A stretch of DNA of 64,000 bases, taken from NCBI GenBank assembly GCA_937625935.1, contig OW569356.1:496001-560000 (forward strand), written 5' to 3'. Numbering within the stretch: position 1 is the stretch's first letter; each line of letters starts with the position of its first letter. Positions 22,479 to 34,960 of the stretch are shown here, piece after piece. The translations under genes were made by a program, and so were the position numbers. The notes beneath the pieces are model-generated. The model saw only the letters and a program-made list of their open reading frames with translations, had not been told where the DNA came from and did no database searches. Origin of the DNA: Tetramitus jugosus. Taxonomy: Eukaryota > Protista > Heterolobosea.

Positions 22479-23216
22479 ATGCAAGAAGAACAAACCACCA
22501 ATTTGTTGTTTGATTCGTTTGCTAACATCCATGTACAAGTCATTGCACCCGGTCTTGTTTGTATGAAGGGAGCTCTTTCATCAGAGCAACAAATCTGGTT
22601 GGCGTCCTATGCTATGAGTGCTGGCTCAAGAGAAAAGAGTGGGTTTTGGTTGCCACAATCGACCTCTGACACCGAGAAGCCACGAGTTCTGAATAGTGAT
22701 GAATTCCGCGGTCGAATTTACGATGATATTGAGAATTTTCCAGATAGCCCAAAAGTTCAAACTCTGTGTCACTCGTTGGTGAACAGAGCTCGTGAGTGTG
22801 ATAATAGGATGCCACAAATGGATCCTACTCATCTTTTGTTGCTCTACTACGCATCAGCTGATGGTATGGAATGGCATTCAGACAGTGATGTAAACGATGG
22901 AAACAATGATCATCCAATCGTTAGCATTACTATTGGAAATTCAAGTGATTTTGGTTTTAAATTGACAGGTAAACCTGCACAGACAATTCGACTCGATTCA
23001 GGCGATGTTTTGATATGGGGAGGTCCGAATAGAATGTTGTATCACTGTGTGGAGCGAGTATACAAAGGAACGGTGCCTGAATACTTGAAGCATATTGTAC
23101 CTGATGCTCGACTCAACTTTACCTACAGAGATGCACCCAATGTACGAGGAAGAGAGAACGAATTCAAGTATAACCTGGGTGGCTTCAACATCGCAGAATC
23201 GACCAACCCCAATTAG
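22479..23216 (+). CDS. AlkB-family 2OG-Fe(II) dioxygenase
   Basis: HxD (MEWHSD), PIVSITIG, LDSGDVLIWGG, distal His (YHCV), RLNFTYR. Confidence 0.88.
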   Translation: MQEEQTTNLLFDSFANIHVQVIAPGLVCMKGALSSEQQIWLASYAMSAGSREKSGFWLPQSTSDTEKPRVLNSDEFRGRIYDDIENFPDSPKVQTLCHSLVNRARECDNRMPQMDPTHLLLLYYASADGMEWHSDSDVNDGNNDHPIVSITIGNSSDFGFKLTGKPAQTIRLDSGDVLIWGGPNRMLYHCVERVYKGTVPEYLKHIVPDARLNFTYRDAPNVRGRENEFKYNLGGFNIAESTNPN

Positions 23217-23811
23217 ATATGGACCGATCCCCGTACAACGAATGATCGACATCAACTTAAAGCTACATTACACATCGACCACAAACGTCAGCGATCGTGA
23301 CTGCCGGATACCCTAAGCCGCACCATCTGTGAAAAAAAGGGTATCTTTCTCTGTAAACAGGGTGCGGAGTAATGATCTAGACCCCGAAAAAAAAATGTCA
23401 CATGTCGATTCCGTCACGTCATTTGTCTAGCACGAGTTGTCTGCATGTCACGTTTCATACCCACCAATGACCAGCAACATTCTCCCATGTATTAAGCCAC
23501 GAAGAAGAACCAACCCTCAAGGGACACTCTTTTTTTCGCTTTCTTTCTTGATTTTGTCCAAACACCAACAAAAAAAATCTCATCCACCGAAAGCCCCAAA
23601 GCAACAAACTAGTGAAGAAGAGCAACCCTGCAAAATTGAGTTCTGCTGCAAGGTGAATTTCCCCAAGCAAAACAAAACATCATCTTCTTGTTCTTTTCAC
23701 TTTGAACTCTTCGCCGGCAGTCCACAACAACAACACAAAAAAAGCAAACCAACAAACCAACAAACAACAAAAAGCTACGACGACTACTACTACTACTAAC
23801 TAGATATACAT

Positions 23812-26328
23812 ATGAGCTCATACTCTTCATCTCCCTATTTCAGTAGTTCATTGACTGCCGATGGTGACCTTCATCTGATGAGTCATAGTCACAATAGCAA
23901 CCATGGTGCACTGTCTGACATGGACTGGCAAGAAGAAACCAAAAATTTGATTGTAAAGCACATTGAGAACAAGCACTGTGCAGATTGTTTGGCCACAGAG
24001 ACCGAATGGGCATCCATCAATCTCGGTATTTTTGTCTGCATCAACTGCTCTGGTGTTCATCGTTCTTTGGGCACACACGTCTCCAAAGTTCGCAGTATTA
24101 CGCTCGATCAAACAGTTTGGAACCGCGAAATTTACAATTTGATGAACAGTCGGGGAAATCACATCTCCAACAGCTATTGGGAGTGTAATGCGCTGCCGTT
24201 TGAGAAACCGTTGGCTCAAGACCCGTATCACTACCGTCAACGATACATTGAGAACAAGTATGCAAACAAAAAATTTGTAGCTTCACCGTCCAATATTAGC
24301 TATAAGCTTGAACGTGATTTTTCAATTGATCTTGTCAATGCGAGAGGCATGATTACAAAGCAGGGTGGCACGAGGAAGAATTGGAGACGAAGATATGCTG
24401 TTCTCAATGGAAACATTCTCAATTATTTTGTAGATGAGCACGACAGTTATCCCAAGGGCTCACTAGAGCTCATGCACGATCACATGATTGTATTTGTAGA
24501 TGAGGATGATGCGCGCATCACGGCTGGCGGCACAGGTCCCAACAGAAAAAATTGTTTTGCCATTGTGACCAAGCAGAGAAATTATTATATTTGTTGTGAG
24601 CAGGAGGAGCAGGCAGCCAAGTGGGTCTATGCTCTGAGAGCAGCAGTGTACTTTACCAATTTGAGAGATGTGCTCAATGATCCTCGAAACTTTTTGAGAG
24701 GCGGTGAGAGCAAGAGTGTGGAAAAGGTTGGTTTTCTCAAGAAGCAAGGCGGCGGTTGGGCCAGTATCAAGAAACGATACTTTAGACTGAAGAATAACAA
24801 GTTGGCGTACTACAAGTCAGAGAAGGAACTGGAGCCAATTGATGAGATTGATCTCAAAGGTGTCAAGATTTCAAACATTTCTCAAAACAGCAAAGACAAG
24901 AAACTGCAGTTCAGTATTATGCTGTCCACCAACACAAGACAATACTTTTTCTATGCAGAGAATGCAGTGGAGCAAAAATCGTGGATTGATGCGCTACAGG
25001 CCGTAGCCAACACTGTGAGTGATCTTCAGTTGGTTCAAGCCAAGAGTTCTGCCATTCATAATTTGATTTTGAATCGTATGATTCATGGCAAGGATCGAAA
25101 GGATGACAAATCCATCATTACGCCACACTCGCCCATGATGTGGAAGACTATTAGTTTCCACCGATGCAAGCCAATGGACTCAACCTTCCTTGCTCGAATA
25201 GAAGAGTGCTATGGAACGAGCATTGGTCACGCCGAAAGAGCTAACGATACATCCACTAGCTCCTCTCGGTCCAACTCTCTTTGCTCTCCTCTCAGTCCAA
25301 TCGACAATTATTCCTCCAGTCCATTGATGTCCAGCTCGCCAGCTCTCACCGAGACAATGAGAGCAAGAAAGGTTAGCTTGCGAATGTCTGTGGAGCACTC
25401 TGCTAACATGAGACCTCAATCGCTCTCGGCATCCAGCCCTGATCTATCGTCTAACATCAGAAACTCTATGCCATCTATCCCTAGTAACGTACTCAAGAAG
25501 CAAACGTTCGTTGGAGGTGAGAATTTTGTTGTTCAAGAAGAGTTCTCCAAGGTGCAACTGTCGAATAAGAATAGGTTGTTGCCAAAGAAGAACAAGGATG
25601 AAGATCCAGTGATCATTATGAGTAGTAGATTGTTGCCACATAGCAAGGAAGAAGACAGCGATGACGACGATTTAGAAGATCTGAATGCTCTCATCTCTGA
25701 TTCTCTAAAGGTTGCCCAGATGGGAACCAATACATCTTCTAGCGAAGACCAATCACCTAAGAAGATTGAGGTGGTTGCAACAGAGGATGAGGAATATGAA
25801 TCTGATGTCGACTTGGACAGCGATAAGCAAGATATGAGAGAGGAGAGCTTGTCTGACGAGGAGGAGATTGAAATTAAGGCCATACCGTTGCGCAAACCAT
25901 ATTCACCAGATAACTCATTGTCAAAAGCAGTGATTGAACAAGTTGATATACAATCCGAAGATGATCAGAGCAATGATTATGAAGAGGAAGAACCTGTGCT
26001 GATACTTAACTCACCTGAACCTGAACCTGAAGAAGAGCCCGAAGAACCTGAAGAAGACAGCTCAGACGACCTCGGAAGTTCCGATGATGAATATGATGAG
26101 GACGATGACGCCGAACCAGAGATTATCATGGGTCAATTCACCACAGAGGACATATCAGCCACCGCGTTTCCCGATATGGATCAGCCAATCGTGAGAAAGG
26201 CCAGCGTACTCATACCTAGTATGAACCTAACATGCAACAAAAAACCGAAGGGTATGACATCTTTCAGAAAGATGCACACATTCATGCAACCAACATTGCA
26301 AGATTGCGGCGTCCCAGTTCTAGACTAG
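23812..26328 (+). CDS. ArfGAP with dual PH domains (ADAP/centaurin-alpha-like) and acidic tail
   Basis: CADC-x16-CINCSGVHRSLG ArfGAP finger; two PH domains (KQGG..KNWRRRY, KQGGGWASIKKRY); D/E-rich C-terminus. Confidence 0.92.
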   Translation: MSSYSSSPYFSSSLTADGDLHLMSHSHNSNHGALSDMDWQEETKNLIVKHIENKHCADCLATETEWASINLGIFVCINCSGVHRSLGTHVSKVRSITLDQTVWNREIYNLMNSRGNHISNSYWECNALPFEKPLAQDPYHYRQRYIENKYANKKFVASPSNISYKLERDFSIDLVNARGMITKQGGTRKNWRRRYAVLNGNILNYFVDEHDSYPKGSLELMHDHMIVFVDEDDARITAGGTGPNRKNCFAIVTKQRNYYICCEQEEQAAKWVYALRAAVYFTNLRDVLNDPRNFLRGGESKSVEKVGFLKKQGGGWASIKKRYFRLKNNKLAYYKSEKELEPIDEIDLKGVKISNISQNSKDKKLQFSIMLSTNTRQYFFYAENAVEQKSWIDALQAVANTVSDLQLVQAKSSAIHNLILNRMIHGKDRKDDKSIITPHSPMMWKTISFHRCKPMDSTFLARIEECYGTSIGHAERANDTSTSSSRSNSLCSPLSPIDNYSSSPLMSSSPALTETMRARKVSLRMSVEHSANMRPQSLSASSPDLSSNIRNSMPSIPSNVLKKQTFVGGENFVVQEEFSKVQLSNKNRLLPKKNKDEDPVIIMSSRLLPHSKEEDSDDDDLEDLNALISDSLKVAQMGTNTSSSEDQSPKKIEVVATEDEEYESDVDLDSDKQDMREESLSDEEEIEIKAIPLRKPYSPDNSLSKAVIEQVDIQSEDDQSNDYEEEEPVLILNSPEPEPEEEPEEPEEDSSDDLGSSDDEYDEDDDAEPEIIMGQFTTEDISATAFPDMDQPIVRKASVLIPSMNLTCNKKPKGMTSFRKMHTFMQPTLQDCGVPVLD

Positions 26329-26345
26329 AATAAATCGTTTGTTTA

Positions 26346-27278
26346 TTACTTTGTTGGATTGAATACATCGTAGACAGCAGCAAAGTCACCACTTGCGCCA
26401 GATGAGGTATCTGTCTCTGTTTTCTTGAAGAGTGTCAACAGAGTGTGAATCAATTCAGAGTTTACTCCTTGCTCTTCAGCCAACTCCTCAATGCATTCAA
26501 GGTCCTTCACCATACCGCTGGCAGTAAAATTTGGATCCGCATAGTCTCTGCTAGCCATTCTAGGAGCCTTCGCTTCAATGTACTTGAAATGGAAAGCACT
26601 GTTGCGAACAATGTCCAGGAATTGATCCATATCTAGCTCGTTGCGACTGACCATCGCGAGTGCATTGCCCAACACAGCAGTCAACGATCCAACCATAAAG
26701 TTCATTGTCAACTTCATCTTTGCTGCCTTGTCAACTGTTCCAATATGTCTGACTGTACCCAAAGGCTCCAAAAGCTTATCCTTGACAATGGCATCGGCTT
26801 GTTCCTTTGTGGCGCCTAGAAGGCACTGTAAATTACCGGCCTGAGCAACAGTGTTAGTTCCCAGAACGGGACAGATCAAGAATTGAGCACCTGCTTGTTC
26901 CGAGAGAACCCTGAGTTTTTCATTTTGATCCACACTGATTGTGCTCATTTGGACAATGACCTTGTTGCGAAGGGCTTTGCTGTGATCTGCCTGATCTGAT
27001 GAAGGGAACAAGGTGTTCACAATGGATTCGTAGTCGAACAACATGATCATGACATAGAGATCTGAGGCTTGGATAGCTTCTATAGCAGAAGAGTAGGCCT
27101 TGATAGAGGAGCTGCCCGATCTCTTTTCCAGATCCGTGGCCTTTTGAGTGCTTCGATTCCAAATGTGGAGCTTGAAGCCATGGTTGCTTCCTGCGATTCT
27201 TTCAGCCATTGGGGCACCCATGGTACCAATACCAAGGAACGCAACATTTTTAGTTGGATGGTCTTGTGTTGAGCTCAT
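26346..27278 (-). CDS. Beta-hydroxyacid dehydrogenase (3-hydroxyisobutyrate dehydrogenase/glyoxylate reductase family)
   Basis: FLGIGTMGAPMA Rossmann motif, WNRS, MSTIS, CPVLG, catalytic MKLTMN, MVKDL. Confidence 0.9.
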   Translation of the reverse strand: MSSTQDHPTKNVAFLGIGTMGAPMAERIAGSNHGFKLHIWNRSTQKATDLEKRSGSSSIKAYSSAIEAIQASDLYVMIMLFDYESIVNTLFPSSDQADHSKALRNKVIVQMSTISVDQNEKLRVLSEQAGAQFLICPVLGTNTVAQAGNLQCLLGATKEQADAIVKDKLLEPLGTVRHIGTVDKAAKMKLTMNFMVGSLTAVLGNALAMVSRNELDMDQFLDIVRNSAFHFKYIEAKAPRMASRDYADPNFTASGMVKDLECIEELAEEQGVNSELIHTLLTLFKKTETDTSSGASGDFAAVYDVFNPTK

Positions 27279-27582
27279 TTGTTCTTGTTTGGAGTAGTTG
27301 CCTGGCAAGCGATCTCTCCAAAAACACTTCAAAAACAAATCATCTCCACGATAAATACCAACGGATAATTATTGTTTGAATATCCCGATAGTGAGGCGCA
27401 CTCTGACGAAGGCTCGGTAGTGCACTACAGCTCAATGTTGGATTTCATCATCGCTTGATTTCGACCCCTTCCAAATGTTTTGAGCTCTTCCGAAAGCAGT
27501 TTTTAGAGCTCACAGTTTGTTTTGATAACTACAGTCTTCGTCTTTGAGATCACAAAAACGCAGATACTCACTAGACAACAGG

Positions 27583-30500
27583 ATGAATAGCAGCACTGTT
27601 GATTTGTTGAGTTCTAAAAGTTCTTTGATTGGGAAGCGAGGATGTGGAGACACAGAATCACAAACGAACACAGAAGGGAGTGCAACTCTGAGCCATGTGA
27701 TGGATACTAGTAGTTTCATGCATGTAATTCAGAGTTCTCTAGCTTTCTCTTGGTTGATGTCTTTTCGATTGAAACCGAATTGGTTCATCTATAATGGATT
27801 TACAATTTGGCAGCTCCTCCTGGCAATACCTCTGGTACGATCTAAATGTCTTGTTTCCTGCTTTTTATCGGTTCTTCGACTTACCTTTCCATATGAATAG
27901 ACAGTCCCACCAGAGTTGCAATGGGGAAGCCCTTTCCGAGAGGTTTTTACAATTTTCTATGCCTTGAGGAACTTTGGCTTACAATATGCCAATTTGATGA
28001 CCTTTAAGGTTTTGTTGGGGGTTTTCACTGGGATCTATGCGATACTGTTCTTGTTAATGATCACAAGTGTTATGGCTTTTTGGCAAGGGAGAATATTCTT
28101 CCAAAAACTTCGAAAGTTTATTATCTACCCCGCTATTGTATTTACATTCTTCACAATTCCTCTAACATTTGGATTTCAGGTACTCATTGATTGTCACGAT
28201 GGAAATTTAAGAAGATTCCAAAATTTGACTTGCTTTGGGAATGAAATGATGGTGTGGTCGGTGTTGTCCATAGTGTGTCTCGTCGCTCACTTTGGTTTGA
28301 CCATATTAGTTCTGCATAGCATGATAGTGACTGCGGTAGGGCCTCGGGGCTGTTTTTTCTCTATAGAGTCTCAAGCCTTTGTAATGGTATGTACGTTACT
28401 GTTCCTTTCCGTTGGAATATAGAAATATTAACACTATCCACAGTTCGATTTTGGAACAATCTTACTATTCGTATCCATCGAATTTCTTTTTACGAAAGTG
28501 AGTTTCCTCCGACCTTTGGTGTTAATAGTTCAACCAATGATAGCAATAGTTTTTCTTCTCTATCGACTTCCTTACTACCGAAGGTTAGCAAACAGTGTCC
28601 ATTGCGGATTTCTTTTTGCTCGATTGACTGTAAGTACAACATTCTTTGGTTCGTTGTTGAACATTTGGTAACAATGGAACTCGCTTCTATGAAATCAGAT
28701 GAGTATTGTAAGTTTGATTGGACCTGTGGTTAATGATAAGGATAAAAACATACCTGGGATTGTAGCTGGTTCGATTGCTATCGCTTCGTTCATCTTTGGA
28801 TTTGGGTTAGGAGCGGGAATTGTTGAACTGTATGGTCGACTTGTTGTTTGGAAAGCAAGCAAATTTGAACAAAACCTTAAGAATCACGAATTCGATAAGA
28901 TTAACTTGTTCTTTACTGAAATGTATGGTCGACTAGCTCTTGGAATGTCGGATGAAGAAAGACTACGGGCTGAAAAAGTAATGAAGTTATGTGTTCTCAA
29001 CAATATTGAGAGTGCTTCTCTCTATATTGCTATGGCTGTTCATAATGCTTACTTCCACAAAGAAAGTCCTCGCAACTCACAGCAACTTCTTCGGAAAGCC
29101 TATGGATGTAGGCCAAGTCTTCTCGTTCGATTATTGATACTGTACAGAAACAGCGATTTTGAAGAAGAACTCGGCGAGGAGAGAAGTTCCAATGTTAAAG
29201 TGTTTTCTTTACTCGCAAGGGGAAAGAAGAAGCAGAAGGACTACTTCTCCAACATTCGGGCGTTCTGGAAGAACATTTTAGAGAAAAAAATAGATCAAAA
29301 AGCAGTGGAGCGAGCTGCAATTGCACTAACTCGCAATGCAGAAGAGTTGGACAAGTTGTATTCTTCACTCTATGAACAATTTCCAAAGAATCCCAATGTT
29401 CTCAGAAGTTATGCAGAGTTTAAGGAAACGGTTGCCTGGGATAATCAGGCGGCAAATTCTTTTAGGGAGGAGGCTGATAATTTGGAAGCTCAATTCGAGA
29501 GAGCACAGAGAAGGAAGAGATTAACATTTCAGACAAAATCCGAGCTCCCATATTCTGTGCATCAAAACAGAGTAACCCCAGTGGATGATGTTGATCCTTC
29601 GGTTGGTGTTGAGTCTTCAGATGCTGAGGCTCGCAATGAAGATGATGGTTTAATGGATGCCGTAGAAAAGAAAGACAATATCCTTGACATTATACAGGAA
29701 GGAGATAGTATGTCAGATGTGTCTCAACATGTATCACAACTAGAAACAACAAAGAATGCGATCATGACGCCCAAGAGTCAACGTGTTTTGATGGGTGGGA
29801 TTGGCTCTCTTATGTCTTTCCTGAGTATTATCCTCGTGGTCGTGTTATTGATGAACATCTTTGGAATGGATCAACCACAAACAAAGAAAATCATGGATGC
29901 GTGCCAGATGCAAGCAGCTTCGTACGACATTCTCTCTAGCTGGAGGCAAATTCATAAGGAAGGATCATTTCGATCAATTCAGAGAAACGAAACTTCTGAT
30001 CTCATTAACGCTATCAAATCGCGAGTAGTGATACTGTACGACACAGTAATGTCTAACCAAGAGTCAACTGCAGGCCACAATTCTCAACCGAGCAAGAAGC
30101 TACTCTCTTCCACTCTTGTTCCTGTCACTGTTCCTATAGTCCCATCAAATACTACAATAGACCGATATCCTTGGAATTCAACGGTAGCAGACCTAGGTAT
30201 GGACTTTTTTTGAAAAGTTTCATGGACATGGATTTTCGATACTAACTTCGTCAACTTAGTTAAGCAATACTACCGATCAGTAGTGGAAACGCATGAAGAA
30301 AATGTGTTCCAAACAATTAATTCTTTCAATTTTATGTTTGTGTGGTACAACCGTCGAATAGTCGCAGATAAGTTGGAGACGTACTGCTCTCAATATTATA
30401 TCGGTATGTAGACATTAAGAAACAATCTTTTAACTACTTAAATCGCTCCTCAACTGACTGTTGTTGACCAGAGTATCAGGAAAATCGAAAAACTCATACA

Positions 30501-33030
30501 TCTGTGTTGAATTCAATTATTGGAGTGATTGCTGTCTCGTATTCAGTGTATTTTGTACTGATTTTCATTCCCTCTTCTATCCTCTTTTTTATTGAGAGGA
30601 AGCGTATTTTATCTTTGTTTGATTACTTACCTAAGGAGATCGTAGGTCAAGTTTATCACAGCATGATAGATAACACTGTTCAGGAACATGATAGCAAAAT
30701 TGTTGTTTCAAGTCTATCTCTCCCAATAATCAAAGTATTCATCGTGTATGTACAGCACTCGTCTTTACTTATTTTTTTGTTCTTTCTAACTCTTTGTTCG
30801 ATAGTTCTCTGGTAGTACTACTGATAAGTTTAGTGTGTGTAGCAGTTGTGATTGCACATTCAGCTCTGCAGCTGTATGGAGAGTCAGGCACTTCAGAGTT
30901 GATGTCATATTGCGGTAGATTAGGTCGCAATGTGATGGAAGTCGTTCTTATTACGGGGGAAACTATTTTACCAGATCCTCAATTAAAATTTGATGAACAC
31001 CATGGGATAGAGAGAGTAGTTGAACTGCTGGGAGAAACTCGGGAGAACTGGAATTCTCTAGCCTATGGTACTGGGACAAAGATTGGAAGAGGAGTGTTCG
31101 GGTTCACACCTGAAATTAATCAGTACATTAAGAATGATGTTTGTTTATTGGGTGTATTCTCCAGTTCGGATGAAGAAAGATGGTATTGTAAGAGTACAGA
31201 ATCTTTGGTGGAGCGTCTAATCTTCAAGATTGGGGTTCTATCGTACAATTATCATACTCTGAACATAACCGAAAGAATGATAATTTACAAGACAACAATG
31301 AGCATAGCCAACGCCATAAATGATAGATCAGTATGTAAATTTATAGTACTGTAGTACTACAGATAATGATGACTTACTCTTGAATTAGATCAAAATTACC
31401 GAGCCCTTTGCTGCATATTCCGAGGAAGAGTCTGGATTAGGTTTTCAAATCTACTACTTATTCATTGTTTGTATACTACTGATTTTGTTCTTGAGTATCC
31501 CTCTATTGCTATGGATGCATGAAGAAACAAAGGTCAACCATTCGATTAGGAAGATGTTGTATTTCATATCACCGGACTGTATATCTAGTATTCCAGAAAT
31601 CAGCAGTTATGTTTACAATCATACTTTCTCCAGGCGAAAAGAAAAAACAATTGAAGACTCCACAAAAACGAAATCGATCCTGGAAACATCTACGGATGGT
31701 GTTGTTCTTTGCTCAACGAATAGTTACATCATAGAATTAAACAACTCCGCTAAGGTCATGTGGAGCATGTCTGATACTGATGTCGTGGGTACTTCTCTGA
31801 TTCAATGGTTCAAAGAGAAGGAAGAGTTAAGTTTGTTGCTCAAGGAAGTAGTCAAGACAGGAAAGAAAGTATCAAACAAAGAATTTTCTGGAGTAACAAG
31901 GTCAGGTGATTCATTCCCAGTGAAGTTGTCGCTAGGTGTTGGTCGATGGGGTAACACTGTCGTAATTACTATTTTCGTTAGAGATTGCTCTGTCGAATTC
32001 AAACAAAATGCACTGATTCAACAAGAGAAAAAGAACAGTGAAAACTTGCTGTTGAACATTCTTCCAGCTCCTGTTGCCTTGCGGTTGAAGAAGGGAGAAA
32101 CTCAACCCATTTCCGAAACAATCGAAGATGCCACATGTTTTTTTAGTGACATGGTTGGTTTTACAAAGATGAGTAGTACTATGTCTGCTTCTGAACTGGT
32201 TGAGCTCTTGAATGACATTGTGAGCAAGTTTGATGAATTATGTAACTACCATGAGCTAGAAAAAATCAAAACAATAGGTGATGCTTATTGTAAGTACGAT
32301 ACCACTTGTATTCTTATACATCGGTAGGCTAACAAACAGTATTTTAACACATATTAGTTGCTGTGGGTGGATTACATGGATCTGATAGAAATCATCCAGA
32401 GAAGGTGATTCGATTCGGTCTGGATATCATTGCGTCCCTTGCCAAGTATCAAGGAGCCATTCAAATTCGTTGTGGTTGTCACACTGGCCCAATAGTTGCA
32501 GGTGTTATCGGATCGACAAAGTTTGCTTATGATGTTTGGGGTGACACTGTCAACGAAGCTTCAAGGTAAGGAGATTGCTTATTGTTTTTGTCATCTAACT
32601 TATGAGATAATCGACTTACTAATGTTGTGATACTTGCCCCAACAGAATGGAATCCACTGGTGTGCCCATGAAGGTACAATGCAGTCGAGCAACCTATGAA
32701 CGATGTTACGATATCTTTGAGTTTGAAGAGAGACCAGGTGTCTATGTGAAAGGAAAGGGAGAGAAAACTTGCTACATTGTATTGAGAGCGAAGGAAGATG
32801 TTAGTTTAGAAAAAGTGAAACCCAAGAAAAGCCCAGCAGACCTTTCTGCATTTTCCCAAACAGAGAAACGATCTTCCTTGTTGCCTCCTATCCCATCTTC
32901 ACTGGAAGAGTCACCATCACTGACCCTCACCAAAGATGCCCTCAAACAACACGAAAGTTTACTAGCATCTGAGCCCACCGCTCTACTCATTGATGACTTG
33001 GTAGATGAACAAACTCCTAATTCAAGTTAG
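27583..33030 (+). CDS. Multi-TM PAS-domain class III adenylate cyclase; 10 exons
   Basis: Nine in-frame GT-AG introns: 27835-27900, 28387-28443, 28630-28698, 30197-30259, 30404-30471, 30746-30804, 31331-31388, 32290-32357, 32566-32645. TM block with LPYYRRLAN; PAS ([10 protein letters not shown]...FVRD); LLLNILP helix; catalytic [34 protein letters not shown]. Lys/Asp specificity residues point to ATP. Confidence 0.92.
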
Positions 33031-33175
33031 AAGCACTCGCCTAGTCCAGCATCCTTCACGGAATTTCCGCAAAAGGTTCAAATTACGAGTGGAGGAGTTT
33101 TTTGGTCTTGCAGCCATGCAAAAAAATAGCGACGTCGGGCTCAAAAACAAACTGCTGCAAAAACAAAAATCTCGA

Positions 33176-34831
33176 ATGCACTACCAACCACCGCCACCAC
33201 TGTATGATGATGGTACTACAATGACAACAACATCAAGCACACAACTCAATCATGACAATGATCACAATACGACAAACAACAATAATACTAATAAAACAAC
33301 AACAACAACGACCTCACCAACAATCATGAATCAACATTGGTTGAACAGTAGTAGCAGCACACCAAAAACAATATCAAGTTATCAATTGCAACACATGCTT
33401 CACACTGATCCACTCAATGTTCTCATACTGGACTGTCGCTCTCATCAATCTCACTTCAACAAGAGTCACATATTAACTGCTCTTCACTGTGGATCACTCC
33501 ACAACAACAACAACAACAAGATGAAAAATGATCATGAAATTGATGAAACAAATGCAAAACAACTAGAGAATGAATTTTTATCGTTTCAAGATCGAATTTT
33601 CTTTAGACAGAGAGAATTTGTGGATACTATCGTATTGTACACTTCTGTATCACCACCACCATCATTACTCAACAACAACAATGATAACAATAATGATGAT
33701 ATGAGTAATCATGCCATTGGTGAATGTTTGGATAAGAAGAGTCATAGTAAGATGAATAATACTAATAATACTATTAATAATACTAATGATATTGATGTTG
33801 AGGATAATGAGGTAGAGTGGCAGTGCATGACGCTGTTAGTGAATGCGATGAAGGAGGAACAATTGAATGAAAAAATCTATATTTTAGAACATGGGTTTAC
33901 GCATTTTCAAACTCATTGTCCACTCTATTGTGAGTACAATTATAATGATAAGCGAGCAATGATGGATTCTGTGTCGGGTGATGATACTGCTAGTCATCAT
34001 CATCATCATAGTGATGCAGTGACGAGTGATGATGACAATGATGAAAAGACGAACAGGACGAATGATGAGAATGGCAATAGTCATCATCATCAGATGAAAT
34101 CCGTGGTTCATTGCATGTCCAAGAAACAACGATTGCAATTGTGTCACAAACGACTCTTTGGTAGCTTTACGCATAAAATGAGTTGTGAATCGCCCTCGAA
34201 GCTTCTTCCGTTTCTTTATTTGGGTAGTGCTCAGAATTCATTCAATTTGGATCAGATGAAACAATTGAACATTTCATGTATTGTCAATATGGCACTCGAA
34301 GTCGAAAATTTTTATCCCGAACTATTTCACTACATCAAGTGTGACTTGTTGGATGATGAAACAGCGGATGTTAGTATTCACTTTGAAGAAACGTTTCAGT
34401 TTATTGAACGAGCCAGAAAGAATCGACAGCGTATTCTGATTGCGTGTTTTATGGGCATGTCTCGCAGTGCATCAGTATCGATTGCTTACATCATGAGAGC
34501 CAAGCGTTGGACAATGAAAAAGTCATACATGTTCGTAAAGAAGCAAAGACCTATCATTAATATTAACTCTGCGTTCATGTATCAGCTGATGAGCTACGAG
34601 GTTTCATTGTTTGGCGAATCGAGTTTTCCCATTATTTTCAAATCATCTGCGTGTCATTCACTTTGTCATCATACGAATCTGAATAAAGGAATTGATGATG
34701 ATGAAAAGGAAATCAACATATCCAAGAGTGAGTCTAATGATAGCAAGGTGTTAAAGGACAATCAGCCGACGACTCCACTACCATCGAAATCGATCCAAGT
34801 ATCTGATTCGATGAACATTTTGCTATCCTAG
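33176..34831 (+). CDS. MAP kinase phosphatase (rhodanese-like + dual-specificity phosphatase)
   Basis: LILDCRS...SHILTA rhodanese-like domain; LPFLYLGS; active-site loop IACFMGMSRSAS; AYIM; ININSAFMYQL. Confidence 0.9.
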   Translation: MHYQPPPPLYDDGTTMTTTSSTQLNHDNDHNTTNNNNTNKTTTTTTSPTIMNQHWLNSSSSTPKTISSYQLQHMLHTDPLNVLILDCRSHQSHFNKSHILTALHCGSLHNNNNNKMKNDHEIDETNAKQLENEFLSFQDRIFFRQREFVDTIVLYTSVSPPPSLLNNNNDNNNDDMSNHAIGECLDKKSHSKMNNTNNTINNTNDIDVEDNEVEWQCMTLLVNAMKEEQLNEKIYILEHGFTHFQTHCPLYCEYNYNDKRAMMDSVSGDDTASHHHHHSDAVTSDDDNDEKTNRTNDENGNSHHHQMKSVVHCMSKKQRLQLCHKRLFGSFTHKMSCESPSKLLPFLYLGSAQNSFNLDQMKQLNISCIVNMALEVENFYPELFHYIKCDLLDDETADVSIHFEETFQFIERARKNRQRILIACFMGMSRSASVSIAYIMRAKRWTMKKSYMFVKKQRPIININSAFMYQLMSYEVSLFGESSFPIIFKSSACHSLCHHTNLNKGIDDDEKEINISKSESNDSKVLKDNQPTTPLPSKSIQVSDSMNILLS

Positions 34832-34960
34832 AGAGTAGTACGAATATTGCTATGCAATTGTGATTACTCTCTCATGACCACTCGTTTCACTGCTGGTAGG
34901 TCTCCCTAACATACGGTGTAGAGTCCATAATTCATGTGTGATGAGAAACTCTAAACACTC

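Noticed and set aside
27583-33030. Fragmented ORFs suggesting a pseudogene or reassigned stop codons
   Set aside because: Every break is resolved by an in-frame canonical GT-AG intron; the standard code fits all genes.
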